DNA from: Bacteriovoracaceae bacterium
GTDB lineage: Bacteria > Bdellovibrionota > Bacteriovoracia > Bacteriovoracales > Bacteriovoracaceae
Length of the DNA: 64,000 nt
Direction: 5' to 3'
Assembly: GCA_048270185.1 (NCBI GenBank)
Contig: JBLWTJ010000001.1
Location: forward strand, 1,504,001 to 1,568,000
The position numbers and the translations under genes were made by a program. The notes beneath the pieces were generated by a model. It saw only the letters and a list, made by a program, of their open reading frames with translations. It had not been told where the DNA came from and made no database searches. Below, one piece after another: positions 1-9,006 of the stretch. Position 1 is the stretch's first letter; every line of letters begins with the position of its first letter.

Positions 1-310
1 CAGACATTGTCTTGATTTGTTCATTTGCAGAGAATTTCTTAATCTCATCACAAATTTGGTTAGCTAACTCTCTCGTAGGTGAAAGAATTATTGCTTGGAT
101 ATTTTTACTACCTGAATCTAGAAGATGAAGTAGTGGAAGTGAAAAGGCAGCTGTTTTTCCAGTCCCTGTTTGGGCCTGCCCAACAAAGTCCGTATTCTTT
201 TCGATTAATACTGGGATAGCTTGTGACTGAATGTCTGTAGCTTCTGTGAACCCTCTATCTTCGAGTGCACGAAGCAGCGATTCCTTAAGTGGAATTTCGT
301 TAAAATTCAA
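1..310 (-). CDS. DEAD-box RNA helicase, N-terminal part (runs off window start)
   Basis: Manual translation from TTG at 310 (GGAG RBS at 317-320): MNFNEIPLKESLLRALEDRGFTEATDIQSQAIP (Q motif) ... GQAQTGTGKT (motif I) ... SPTRELA (motif Ia). Not in the ORF track because it is truncated. Confidence 0.93.
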   Translation of the reverse strand, partial: MNFNEIPLKESLLRALEDRGFTEATDIQSQAIPVLIEKNTDFVGQAQTGTGKTAAFSLPLLHLLDSGSKNIQAIILSPTRELANQICDEIKKFSANEQIKTMS

Positions 311-468
311 TTTTGACTCCTTAAACGCAAGCCTAGAATGCAGGCCACGAGGTGTTTTTGTGATTATGACTAATAGTGACCGTCATATAAATAGGCATTT
401 TTTCTTAATTTGGGGGAATGTAACACGCTAGACGCTGTGTTTCAAGGGCCATGGAAATAATACAATTT

Positions 469-1161
469 TTAGATTTTTAATGTATTGAATTCACCACGAA
501 TATTCTCGGCCATACTCTCAAAGAAGCTTGAAACTGTTACTGATTTATTTAGTAACCAATGATCTGTCGAACATGTCCAAATGTAGTTATAGCGAGTTTT
601 ATTCTTCCCAACAGGAGTTATGTAGTAGACACCACCGGAAGTCTGCATAACACTTACCTTTTCAAGGGGAGAATCGATATAATCCTTTGCTTCCTTGTCC
701 GATAACATCGTCATTGTCACTTTATAGCCGTCTTTGTAGCGAAAAACGCGAATTAGGTCATTATAAGTATAAAGGCCACGATTATAAGAGCGTCTCTTAA
801 CCAGGAACCTCTTAAGCTCATTCTTTTCAAGCTTTCTCTTTTTAAGGTCCTTCACAATCACTGACTCAATCAGCATTCCACTTTGATAAGGACAATCCAT
901 TTTCTTATCAGTGTAGATTCGACGATCCTTGTGCTCGTTATTACAACGTTTATCAAAAGACAGAACGCGCTCTAAAACCTTCTCGATTGGGCGATCTATC
1001 ACATCATCTAAACGACCCTCATAGAAGCGTACATCATCTTTCTTTCCTGAGCGCATTTCGACATTAAATTCCGAGGACTTATCCCTGTAGTCGACTTCAA
1101 AACTACTAGTATCTAGGGCATAGGACGTTAATGTGAGGCAAATGGCGATTAAGATCTTCAT
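469..1161 (-). CDS. Secreted hypothetical protein, possibly START/SRPBCC-like fold
   Basis: 230-aa ORF with signal-peptide-like N-terminus; C-terminal 'GGVYYITPVGKNKTRYNY' strand pattern plus terminal helix recalls START domains (weak). Confidence 0.6.
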   Translation of the reverse strand: MKILIAICLTLTSYALDTSSFEVDYRDKSSEFNVEMRSGKKDDVRFYEGRLDDVIDRPIEKVLERVLSFDKRCNNEHKDRRIYTDKKMDCPYQSGMLIESVIVKDLKKRKLEKNELKRFLVKRRSYNRGLYTYNDLIRVFRYKDGYKVTMTMLSDKEAKDYIDSPLEKVSVMQTSGGVYYITPVGKNKTRYNYIWTCSTDHWLLNKSVTVSSFFESMAENIRGEFNTLKI

Positions 1162-1196
1162 CCTTTATATTTACCATTATTTGCGGTTTTGGGCAA
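1162..1196 (-). promoter_or_regulatory. Candidate sigma-70 promoter, leaderless geometry
   Basis: TTGCCC-17 nt-(TG-N)TAAATA-6 nt-ATG(1161). Confidence 0.4.
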
Positions 1197-1286
1197 TTTG
1201 TTGAGAAATAATGAACCATAGGTTCAAGCAAGTAAGGAGACAGGCCCCTGATAACGAAGTTGAAATTGAAAATGAAGAATTTAGGC

Positions 1287-1312
1287 AAAAAAAAAGCCTC
1301 CGATACGGAAGC
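1287..1312 (-). terminator. Intrinsic terminator after tRNA-Leu
   Basis: Minus strand GCTTCCG-TAT-CGGAGGC followed by a T9 tract. Confidence 0.8.
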
Positions 1313-1321
1313 AAAAAAAGA

Positions 1322-1405
1322 TGGTGCCCAGAAGAGGACTTGAACCTCCACGCCAAAGGCACTAGATCCTAAGTCTAGCGTGTCTACCAATTTCACCATC
1401 TGGGC
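1322..1405 (-). tRNA. tRNA-Leu (anticodon TAG)
   Basis: GCCCAGATGGTGAAATTGGTAGACACGCTAGACTTAGGATCTAGTGCCTTTGGCGTGGAGGTTCAAGTCCTCTTCTGGGCACCA: acceptor stem, CTAGA/TCTAG anticodon stem with TAG, long variable arm, TTCAA T-loop, encoded CCA. Confidence 0.97.
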
Positions 1406-1493
1406 ACAATTTTAAAAGTCTTAAAAAAAAGAATTTCATTGGTAAGGCGTGAGAATATTTATAAGGGAAGTTATCCATTATGGCAAGAAAAAA

Positions 1494-3563
1494 TTAAGCT
1501 GCTTGTTTATTTTTCTTCGCAAGCTCTTTTTCCAAGTCTTTGATTTTATTTGTTAGCATTTTATTATCTTGTGAAAGCTTGTGATTATCCTTTTTATGGC
1601 CAGCAATTTCATCTTCCATTCTTAATTTAATCACTTTTTGTTGATCAATTTGCTTCTCAAGATGCATGATTTTCTTATCACTTACCTTACTTCCAGAAGC
1701 AGCTTTCTTGGCCTTTTCTAAGTTTGTAATCTGTGACTGAGCAAATTTAAGGCGTTGCTTATACATCTTAACTTCAATCTGGGCATCTTTTAACTTTGTC
1801 GCGAGATCATCCTCATTACCACTATTTTTCACAAGCTCTTGGGCCTTATTTAAACGAGCAATCTCTTTTTCAAGCGAATCAACTTTTACAAGCTCTTCTT
1901 TATATTTTTGCTGAAGTGTAGTGAACTCTTGCTTATCTTCAGTCGTTGATAAATTTGCATCATCCACCTTCTGACTCATCACTTCAATCTTTTCATTTTT
2001 TAGATCGACTTCTTTTGTTAGTTGAACAATCTTACTTTGTAATTCTTTAACTATTTCACTTTGATCGACTTCAATGCTCTTTACTTCTAAAATATCATCT
2101 TTAGTCGATAGCGAAGCATCTTCAGCTGTATTGAGACTCTTAACAACCATCGGCTCTTTGTTCAACTTATCTTGCATTTGAGTGAAAAGCTCATTCATTC
2201 GTTTAAGCTTCTCTTTCATCTGAATTACTTCTGAATCACGAACAAATTCATCCATACTCTTACCAGACTTAACGAGTATTTCTTCAGCAATCGTTCCTTC
2301 AGCATCTTCTTTAATAATATAAAAATCTTCTTTCTTAACATCAAACTTCTCTGATACTAAAGTTACTACTGAGTCGACATATTCTTCATAAGAACTAACT
2401 TTTTGTATATCAACAACTTCTTCTTTAATACCTTGGATAATTTCACTATTATCACTTGGCCATTTATTCGCATCAATTAATTCTTTAAGCTTTGATTTAC
2501 TGACTTTACTAAAGAAATTCTCAGTGAACTCTTCTGGTCTCTGATTTTTAAATGTTGAATCAACACTCGTCCTAATTGCTTTGGCCACCTTTTCTTCATT
2601 ATCCTTATTAAGAACAGACTTTTTAATAAAGTCGATATCGTCTTCTTTAAGTAGTTTGAGAATAGCTTTATCAGGATAAGCATCTAAGTTATCGAGGAAA
2701 TCATCCTCAGGAAAATCTCGCTTGACGAGAAAGCTTACAATATTCTTAAGAGTAGTAATGGTAATTTTCTTGGCCACTTCTTCGTGGTGATTGGTGTGGT
2801 CAACAATTTTTGAATCATTTAATATTACTTCTTTTTGTGAAGACTTTGAGATTGCTGTGCTCAACTCGTAATTTAGATGGGCCAGATATGTCCTCTGTTT
2901 TTCTAAAGAAAAGCGAAGGTCAAATTGTCCTCTCTTTGAATTTGTTTTTAGACTATAAAATGAAAAATCATTTGAGAGAAGACTTGCAATTGATGATTCA
3001 AAAGACTCATTTATATGAACGGCACTGGCATTAATTCTAAACATGGCCTCTTTATCGCCCATTAGAAGTTCTAATTCGATTGGAATGCATTGCATATTAA
3101 TGACAAGCTCATTTAAGAGATTCAATAGAACACTTGAAATTTTCGAAATATCAAAATCACTTTCAAAAACTTTGAAATTAATTAGGTCAAAGTAATAACC
3201 CAAACTAAATCGCGACGTGATCTTGTATTGTTTTAAACTTTTAAACTCGCTTCCCGATCTAACTGCTGGAGTTTGTGGAACTCCAAAATATCTTTCGATT
3301 TCATTTAGGACATAAGTCTTTTCATCAACAATCACTTCTGGCGAAATTGTAATCATCCCTTCAACTTTATCAGCTGAAACGTAGATAACTTTTTGAGCAT
3401 CACTTGCTTGAAAACTAGTATCATCAGTAACAACAAGAGCTTTAGCTGTTAACTCATCGATCGACTCAACGAGATGGTATTGAATATCTTCAGATACTCT
3501 TTGTGATAATTTATCAAAGAGTGATTTATCCAAGAATGTGAAGACTTCAATCTTAAAACTCAA
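1494..3563 (-). CDS. Hypothetical protein with long C-terminal coiled coil; ends KQAA
   Basis: 689-aa ORF; E/K/Q-rich heptad pattern over the last third; start abuts the stop of the upstream ORF. Confidence 0.75.
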   Translation of the reverse strand: MSFKIEVFTFLDKSLFDKLSQRVSEDIQYHLVESIDELTAKALVVTDDTSFQASDAQKVIYVSADKVEGMITISPEVIVDEKTYVLNEIERYFGVPQTPAVRSGSEFKSLKQYKITSRFSLGYYFDLINFKVFESDFDISKISSVLLNLLNELVINMQCIPIELELLMGDKEAMFRINASAVHINESFESSIASLLSNDFSFYSLKTNSKRGQFDLRFSLEKQRTYLAHLNYELSTAISKSSQKEVILNDSKIVDHTNHHEEVAKKITITTLKNIVSFLVKRDFPEDDFLDNLDAYPDKAILKLLKEDDIDFIKKSVLNKDNEEKVAKAIRTSVDSTFKNQRPEEFTENFFSKVSKSKLKELIDANKWPSDNSEIIQGIKEEVVDIQKVSSYEEYVDSVVTLVSEKFDVKKEDFYIIKEDAEGTIAEEILVKSGKSMDEFVRDSEVIQMKEKLKRMNELFTQMQDKLNKEPMVVKSLNTAEDASLSTKDDILEVKSIEVDQSEIVKELQSKIVQLTKEVDLKNEKIEVMSQKVDDANLSTTEDKQEFTTLQQKYKEELVKVDSLEKEIARLNKAQELVKNSGNEDDLATKLKDAQIEVKMYKQRLKFAQSQITNLEKAKKAASGSKVSDKKIMHLEKQIDQQKVIKLRMEDEIAGHKKDNHKLSQDNKMLTNKIKDLEKELAKKNKQAA

Positions 3564-4388
3564 TTAAGCGGCCCTCCCAATATCTTCCTGTGCGATAATC
3601 TCATCAAGATATCGATACTCTTTGAGAGAATTAAGGATCAAGTTGAAAATACTATCTAGGTCGTTTGGTTCGAAATTTAATTCTAGTTCATAGACTTTAT
3701 GATGAATCTTCGCCCACATGCCGCCAATATCATCACTTAATTTATAATTTAAAGTAAAGAATTCATCAGTTAAGTTTGCAAAGTAAGCACTATTATCCAG
3801 GTCTAAACATTCTTCAAGTGATTTTGATTTCTCTGGGCTTCGCGATACATGATTAAAATATGTAACAAGAACACTATTGAATACATTTTTTAAGAATTTA
3901 AAATCAAGATAGCCAGATATTAAGGCCACATAAACAAGTGTTGATGCAATCACTTGTGCTCTCTTAAGTGTCACTACACTAGTTGCTAGAAAGTCTTCTT
4001 CAATATTAATTTCGTCACTATTTAAGTCATAGAAAACTTGATGACATATGAAAACGAAGTCCAGTGTTGAAACTTTTTGACTGCTTTTAAGTGTACGATA
4101 GAAATCAACGAGAATGAGATTTCTAAAACGAAGTTTTTCGTCTTCAAAATTTGCATTCTCTAAGCTTTGAAAATGATCAATGACTTTTGAAATTCTCTCT
4201 TCATCAATAATTACTTTTTGTAAAAACTGATCGTTTTGAGATGAAAGTTTTTGGGCCAATTCAAGGTTTGCAAATTCACCAGCATGACCAATACACAGTC
4301 TTCGGCCACTTGGCCTACACCAATACAGCTCTCCTCTTAAAAGTGGAGACGATTTTATATCACTGAATTTAAAACTTAACTCTCTCAT
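3564..4388 (-). CDS. Hypothetical protein, possibly a degenerate HD-GYP-like domain; ends GRAA
   Basis: 274-aa ORF with RBS; helical region 'LKRAQVIASTLVYVALISGY' resembles the first HD-domain helices but no HD or GYP motif is present. Confidence 0.6.
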   Translation of the reverse strand: MRELSFKFSDIKSSPLLRGELYWCRPSGRRLCIGHAGEFANLELAQKLSSQNDQFLQKVIIDEERISKVIDHFQSLENANFEDEKLRFRNLILVDFYRTLKSSQKVSTLDFVFICHQVFYDLNSDEINIEEDFLATSVVTLKRAQVIASTLVYVALISGYLDFKFLKNVFNSVLVTYFNHVSRSPEKSKSLEECLDLDNSAYFANLTDEFFTLNYKLSDDIGGMWAKIHHKVYELELNFEPNDLDSIFNLILNSLKEYRYLDEIIAQEDIGRAA

Positions 4389-4410
4389 ATGCCTTAAATC
4401 TATAAAACAA

Positions 4411-4431
4411 AGGGCCCAGAAATTGGGCCCT
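4411..4431 (-). terminator. GC-rich hairpin (opp operon terminator or leader hairpin)
   Basis: AGGGCCCA-N5-TGGGCCCT followed by TTGTTTT on the minus strand. Confidence 0.6.
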
Positions 4432-4442
4432 CTATATAAGAT

Positions 4443-4469
4443 TTATCGGATAAAATCAGGAAAAAATTA
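4443..4469 (-). promoter_or_regulatory. Candidate sigma-28 (FliA) promoter
   Basis: Minus strand TAAT-N15-TCCGATAA versus the consensus TAAA-N15-GCCGATAA. Confidence 0.55.
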
Positions 4470-4495
4470 AGCTTTTTTAAAGCCTGACTAAATGA

Positions 4496-5368
4496 CTATG
4501 CTTTACCTTTTAGTTTTGGATCAAGCGAGTCACGAAGCGCGTCTCCAAGCAGGTTTAGCGCAAGAACAAGAATAAACATTGCAAATGTAGCAGCAGATAG
4601 TTGCCACCAAACACCACGAGCAAGTTCAAGTTTTGAATCATCAATCATTGTTCCCCAAGACGGCTGACCTTGGACACCAAGACCTAAATAAGAAAGGATT
4701 ACTTCTGACTTAATTGCCTGTTGAAAACGAAGTGAGAATTGAATGATAACAATATGGAAGATATTTGGAAGAATATGCTTAAACATTCTTCTCATATTAC
4801 CTGCACCAAGAGCAGCAGCTGCCTGAACATATTCTCTTTCCTTGTGACGAAGAACTTCACCACGAACAAGACGACAAAGCCCAACCCATGAAGTGATCCC
4901 AAGTGCTAGGAAAAGAGATGATGTCCCCTTTCCAAGAACCATTGTTACAGCAAAAAGTAACATGATATATGGAATCGAAGCTAGTGATGTATAGAACCAA
5001 ACGATAAATTCATCAACTTTACCACCAAAGTAACCGGCCATGAGACCTAGTGTTACACCGATAACAGTTGAGATTGTTGCCGTTGAAAAACCAATACCAA
5101 TGGCCATCTCAGCACCTTTTAGAGTTTTATAAACAACACTTCTTCCGAAAATATCTGTACCAAATAATGCATCCATTGAAGGAGCAGAATATGAAGCACC
5201 AATTTCTTTTGACCACTCTCCGGCAATTACACCAAAGAATGTCAGGGCAGCAAGAAAAACGTAAGCTGCGATAACGACCATACTAAAAACGGCAGCTTTA
5301 TCTTTTTTAAGCTCTGTCCAAGCATGTCCCCATAATGATTTTGATTCACTTGAATGATTTATTGACAT
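4496..5368 (-). CDS. oppC: Oligopeptide/dipeptide ABC transporter permease (OppC/DppC family)
   Basis: LFGTDIFGRSV motif, EAA loop 'EYVQAAAALGAG', 'LSYLGLG..PSWG', 'GDALRDSLDPK'. Confidence 0.93.
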   Translation of the reverse strand: MSINHSSESKSLWGHAWTELKKDKAAVFSMVVIAAYVFLAALTFFGVIAGEWSKEIGASYSAPSMDALFGTDIFGRSVVYKTLKGAEMAIGIGFSTATISTVIGVTLGLMAGYFGGKVDEFIVWFYTSLASIPYIMLLFAVTMVLGKGTSSLFLALGITSWVGLCRLVRGEVLRHKEREYVQAAAALGAGNMRRMFKHILPNIFHIVIIQFSLRFQQAIKSEVILSYLGLGVQGQPSWGTMIDDSKLELARGVWWQLSAATFAMFILVLALNLLGDALRDSLDPKLKGKA

Positions 5369-5376
5369 GACAACTC

Positions 5377-6318
5377 CTACTTTAACCTTACTCTTGGATC
5401 AACCATTGTATATAGAATATCCGTAATAACTGTGAAAACGATATAGGCCATGGCCGAAAGAATCGTCATTGCTTTAATAACAGGGAAATCGTTATCAAAA
5501 ACAGCTTTTACAGTTAGACCACCAAGCCCTGGAATTGAGAAGAAACTCTCAAGAAGTAGGGCCCCTAAAATAAGGAAAGGGATTTGAATAACAACGTATG
5601 TGATAATTGGAATTAGTGAGTTTTTAAGTACGTGCTTTAATAGTACAACTTTTTCACTTAGACCTTTTGCACGGGCAGTACGTACATAGTCTTGATAAAT
5701 ATCATCCAGGATGACAGTTCTAAAATAACGAAGGTCTGGACCTAAGTTTAGAACAACCATAATGATTACTGGTAGTAAAACGTAAGGTATGAAATATGGA
5801 AAACCATGCTCATAACCTGAAATCTCAAACCAACCTAATTCATAAGCAAAGAATTTTTGGAAGAATAAGATATAAGCAAGAGATGGAATACTCATTAAAC
5901 AAACACAAATGATAACAAGAGTGCGGTCGATAAGCTTACCTCTAAAGAAAGCAACAACGATTGCTAAGAGAATAGAGAGTACAGTCGATAATAAGAACGC
6001 CGGAAATGTAAGCGTTAATGAAGGAACGGCTCCCTCTTTGATCATTTCGATAATTTTTTGCTTAGTCGCCCATGAACGACCAAAATCAAAAGTAAATGCC
6101 GACTTAACAATATTTAGATATTGTTCAACAAGTGGCTTATCAAGTCCAAGCTCATGTCTAACTTCAGCAATTTGCTTTGCAGACGCGTGCTTACCTAAAA
6201 GTAGTTGTGCTGGATCGTAACCAGACAGATTGAAGATCGCAAAAACGATTAAACAAACACCTAAGATGATAGGGATTGTATAAAGTAATCTTCTTAAAAT
6301 ATAAGACCAAGTATTCAC
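5377..6318 (-). CDS. oppB: Oligopeptide/dipeptide ABC transporter permease (OppB/DppB family)
   Basis: 'YILRRLL', 'LGLDKPL', 'DFGRS', EAA loop 'DYVRTARAKGLSE', C-terminal 'DPRVR'. Confidence 0.93.
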   Translation of the reverse strand: MNTWSYILRRLLYTIPIILGVCLIVFAIFNLSGYDPAQLLLGKHASAKQIAEVRHELGLDKPLVEQYLNIVKSAFTFDFGRSWATKQKIIEMIKEGAVPSLTLTFPAFLLSTVLSILLAIVVAFFRGKLIDRTLVIICVCLMSIPSLAYILFFQKFFAYELGWFEISGYEHGFPYFIPYVLLPVIIMVVLNLGPDLRYFRTVILDDIYQDYVRTARAKGLSEKVVLLKHVLKNSLIPIITYVVIQIPFLILGALLLESFFSIPGLGGLTVKAVFDNDFPVIKAMTILSAMAYIVFTVITDILYTMVDPRVRLK

Positions 6319-6365
6319 AAAAACAGCTCCTTAGCTCTAACTTTATCAATTCAACGATAATACTT

Positions 6366-6435
6366 AACGTTTATTTAAATAGACTTGAAAAGATCAAAAT
6401 CTACTTAAATAAACGTTGGAGATCACTCTCCAACG
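6366..6435. repeat. Two overlapping inverted repeats between oppA and oppB
   Basis: AACGTTTATTTAAATAGACTTGA...TCAAAATCTACTTAAATAAACGTT (6366-6417) and CGTTGGAGA-TCAC-TCTCCAACG (6414-6435). Confidence 0.75.
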
Positions 6436-6446
6436 CTTATCATTTC

Positions 6447-8210
6447 TTATAACTTATCTTGCATAGCTTTTTTAATTTCGATATCAACATCAAGGTACTG
6501 AGCTTGCCCAGCCTCAAAGTCAGTTGTCATATAGTTTTTAAGCCACTTGTGCTTAATTAAATATGACTGACGGTGAACTCCGTAAATCCATGGAACTTCT
6601 TCAGCTGCCATTTTGTTTAGCTTTTCATAGATAGCAGTTCTCTCTGGAGAATCTTGCATAATTGAAGCTTGTGCAAATAGCTTATTGAATTCTGGGTTGT
6701 TATAACCTGAACCGTTTGCTCCTGGAGACTTATTTGGTCCGTATAGAAGCTGTAGGAAGTTTTCAGCATCTGGGTAATCTGCACCCCATGCAATTCCGTA
6801 TAGCATTACCTGACGAGCAGTAATTTTCTTTTGTAGTTCTGGCCAAGAGTTTTGAACAACTTTGATATTCACACCAATTTCAGACATTTGCTTTTTGAAT
6901 AGCTCACCGATTTGACGTGAAGTTGAAGAACTTGGACAGTCATAAGTAATCTCTGGAAGACCTTTACCATTTGGGTAACCAGCCTTTGCAAGAAGTTCTT
7001 TTGCCTTCTCTAAGTTTTTCTCACGATACGGAGATACATATCCCGAGATATTACCAGCAATTCCTGGAGGAACAACTGATTGCGCAGGAAGAGCTGTATC
7101 ATTGTAGAAAAGCTTATTTGACTCATTAACATCGTAAGCAAGAGCAAGTGCTCTTCTTAAGTTAACATTTTGGAATAACTTAAGATCGTGATTGAAAGCT
7201 GTATAAGTAACGTCAAGAGATGGAGAAATTGAAAGTTCAATTCCTTTTTCTTCAAATTGCTTATCAAGTCCTTTACCTGGAGTAACGGCCGCTTCAAAGT
7301 TATCTTTTGGAATACCAATATAGTCTAGTCTTCCCTTTAGGAAGTTAAGCCATCTTGGTTGATCTTCTTTAATAATATTAATTTCAATTTTATCAACAAA
7401 AGGAACTGGCTTTCCAGCATACTTAAGCATGTGCTTAAACTCATCACTTGCTTCTGTAGGAAAAAGCTTCTTTCTAAAATTAGGGTTTCTTGTGTAGTGA
7501 AACTTCTTCGCAGTTTGGTTGAATTTTTCAATCATGAAAGGACCTGTACCAACTGGGTGGTTTAGGAATTCTTTCCCATAGTGATCGACAACTTCTTTTG
7601 CTACAGCAAATGTAAATGGCATTGCTAGAGAGTATAGGAATTGAGGGAATTGCTTTGTAAGTTTAAACTGAATTGTATACTTATCAAGAGTCTTAAGACC
7701 TTCAACAACTTCAGTATAATCAACTGTATCTTTCTTAGCATTTTTATCACGCCACTCATCAAGTCCTACAATTTTACCTTGTAGTAACCACCAACCAAGA
7801 CCTTGTAGTTTTGGGTCAGCAAGTCTTTTAATTGAGTAAACAAAGTCTTCTGCTACTAGTTCACGTCCTTTTCCATCTTTGAATGCTTTATCATCTTGGA
7901 AAAGAACACCTTTCTTAATTTTGAAAGTATAAGTTAGACCATCTTCAGATACTTCTGGAAGTGACTCAGCTAGATTTGGAACTAGCGTATAAGGTCTCTT
8001 TAGGTAGTGATATTCTAGTAAACCTTCATAAACACGGCCTACTTCATTTGAAGAATATCTATCGTTTGAGTAAATTGGATCCATTCCTTTTACTTCTGAA
8101 GAAACAGATAAGTTTAATACCTTTTCATTAAGGTCAACTTTTTTAGTACATGAGAAAGTTAGAGCAACTAAACCCATGAATAATAATGAAACAAGTTTAC
8201 TTGATTTCAT
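6447..8210 (-). CDS. oppA: ABC transporter peptide-binding lipoprotein (SBP family 5)
   Basis: Lipobox 'TFSC', 'VYEGLL', 'PNLAES..VSEDGLTYTFKIKKGV.F.D', 'PVGTGPF', 'WGADYPD'. Confidence 0.93.
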   Translation of the reverse strand: MKSSKLVSLLFMGLVALTFSCTKKVDLNEKVLNLSVSSEVKGMDPIYSNDRYSSNEVGRVYEGLLEYHYLKRPYTLVPNLAESLPEVSEDGLTYTFKIKKGVLFQDDKAFKDGKGRELVAEDFVYSIKRLADPKLQGLGWWLLQGKIVGLDEWRDKNAKKDTVDYTEVVEGLKTLDKYTIQFKLTKQFPQFLYSLAMPFTFAVAKEVVDHYGKEFLNHPVGTGPFMIEKFNQTAKKFHYTRNPNFRKKLFPTEASDEFKHMLKYAGKPVPFVDKIEINIIKEDQPRWLNFLKGRLDYIGIPKDNFEAAVTPGKGLDKQFEEKGIELSISPSLDVTYTAFNHDLKLFQNVNLRRALALAYDVNESNKLFYNDTALPAQSVVPPGIAGNISGYVSPYREKNLEKAKELLAKAGYPNGKGLPEITYDCPSSSTSRQIGELFKKQMSEIGVNIKVVQNSWPELQKKITARQVMLYGIAWGADYPDAENFLQLLYGPNKSPGANGSGYNNPEFNKLFAQASIMQDSPERTAIYEKLNKMAAEEVPWIYGVHRQSYLIKHKWLKNYMTTDFEAGQAQYLDVDIEIKKAMQDKL

Positions 8211-8322
8211 GAACCATCCTTTGTTTTTAAATTATTGCGTAGAATAATACTAAAGTATTTTATACAAGAGTTAAGTTGAATTTACTAGGGAATATTAAAG
8301 GGTTACGACACTGCGCAAGGTA

Positions 8323-9006
8323 TTATTCACAGGCTTCGACAATCAACTCAAGCGACAAGACGCGTTGTTGTTTTTCCGTATCTTGTTTTTGATAAACACC
8401 TTGGAGTTGAATGATCTTGTACTCGTTGGCAACGAGCTGACTGAAGTTTGCTTGGTAACTATAGTTGCCTATCATTTCTGATTTATAATTGAGACGGCCA
8501 TCACTAAAGTGTTTAACAGATCCTTTGAGACACCTATTGTCACAATAATTACTGTCGACATTTCTAATATCACTAAAAAACTGTTGGTTTTGTTTTAAGA
8601 AGTCATCAAGAATTTTTTTTGATTTGTAACGCTTTGCTCTTATTAGCTCACCTGAAATTTTCTTATAAAGCGTTCCGGAAGTATTAGCATTTGCTACAAG
8701 TGGAAGAATTAAAGTTTCCTGTCCTTTAAAAGGAACATCAATAGCGAGACTAAATGTTTTACGATTTAAAATGGCATTATATGTAAAGCGCTCTTTTGTC
8801 TTTCCAAATTTTAGGCGGCCTCGTCCACTGAATTCAGTACAGAGTCCGCTACTTAATAATTTATGAGCTTTAATCTTATCAGTTGATGGGCCGTCGTTTT
8901 TAACTTGGACACTATCACAAGAAATTAACGTGAGGCAGGCAAGCGCACAGTATCCAGCTTTTCGATATAATTTAGAATTTCTTCTCGCTCGTTTACTTTC
9001 GTACAA
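8323..9006 (-). CDS. Lipoprotein, putative LolB-like fold
   Basis: Lipobox-like 'LISC'; 'FSGRGRLKF...ERF...FSLAIDVPFKGQ' matches the LolB strand pattern; directly follows a TPR lipoprotein. Start uncertain (overlaps the upstream gene). Confidence 0.55.
   Translation of the reverse strand: MYESKRARRNSKLYRKAGYCALACLTLISCDSVQVKNDGPSTDKIKAHKLLSSGLCTEFSGRGRLKFGKTKERFTYNAILNRKTFSLAIDVPFKGQETLILPLVANANTSGTLYKKISGELIRAKRYKSKKILDDFLKQNQQFFSDIRNVDSNYCDNRCLKGSVKHFSDGRLNYKSEMIGNYSYQANFSQLVANEYKIIQLQGVYQKQDTEKQQRVLSLELIVEACE

Noticed and set aside
1106..1399. 97-aa and 61-aa minus-strand ORFs
   Set aside because: They are translations through tRNA-Leu and its terminator.
1322..1405. tRNA-Leu as an integration site for a genomic island
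   Set aside because: No integrase and no duplicated tRNA 3' end seen in the window.
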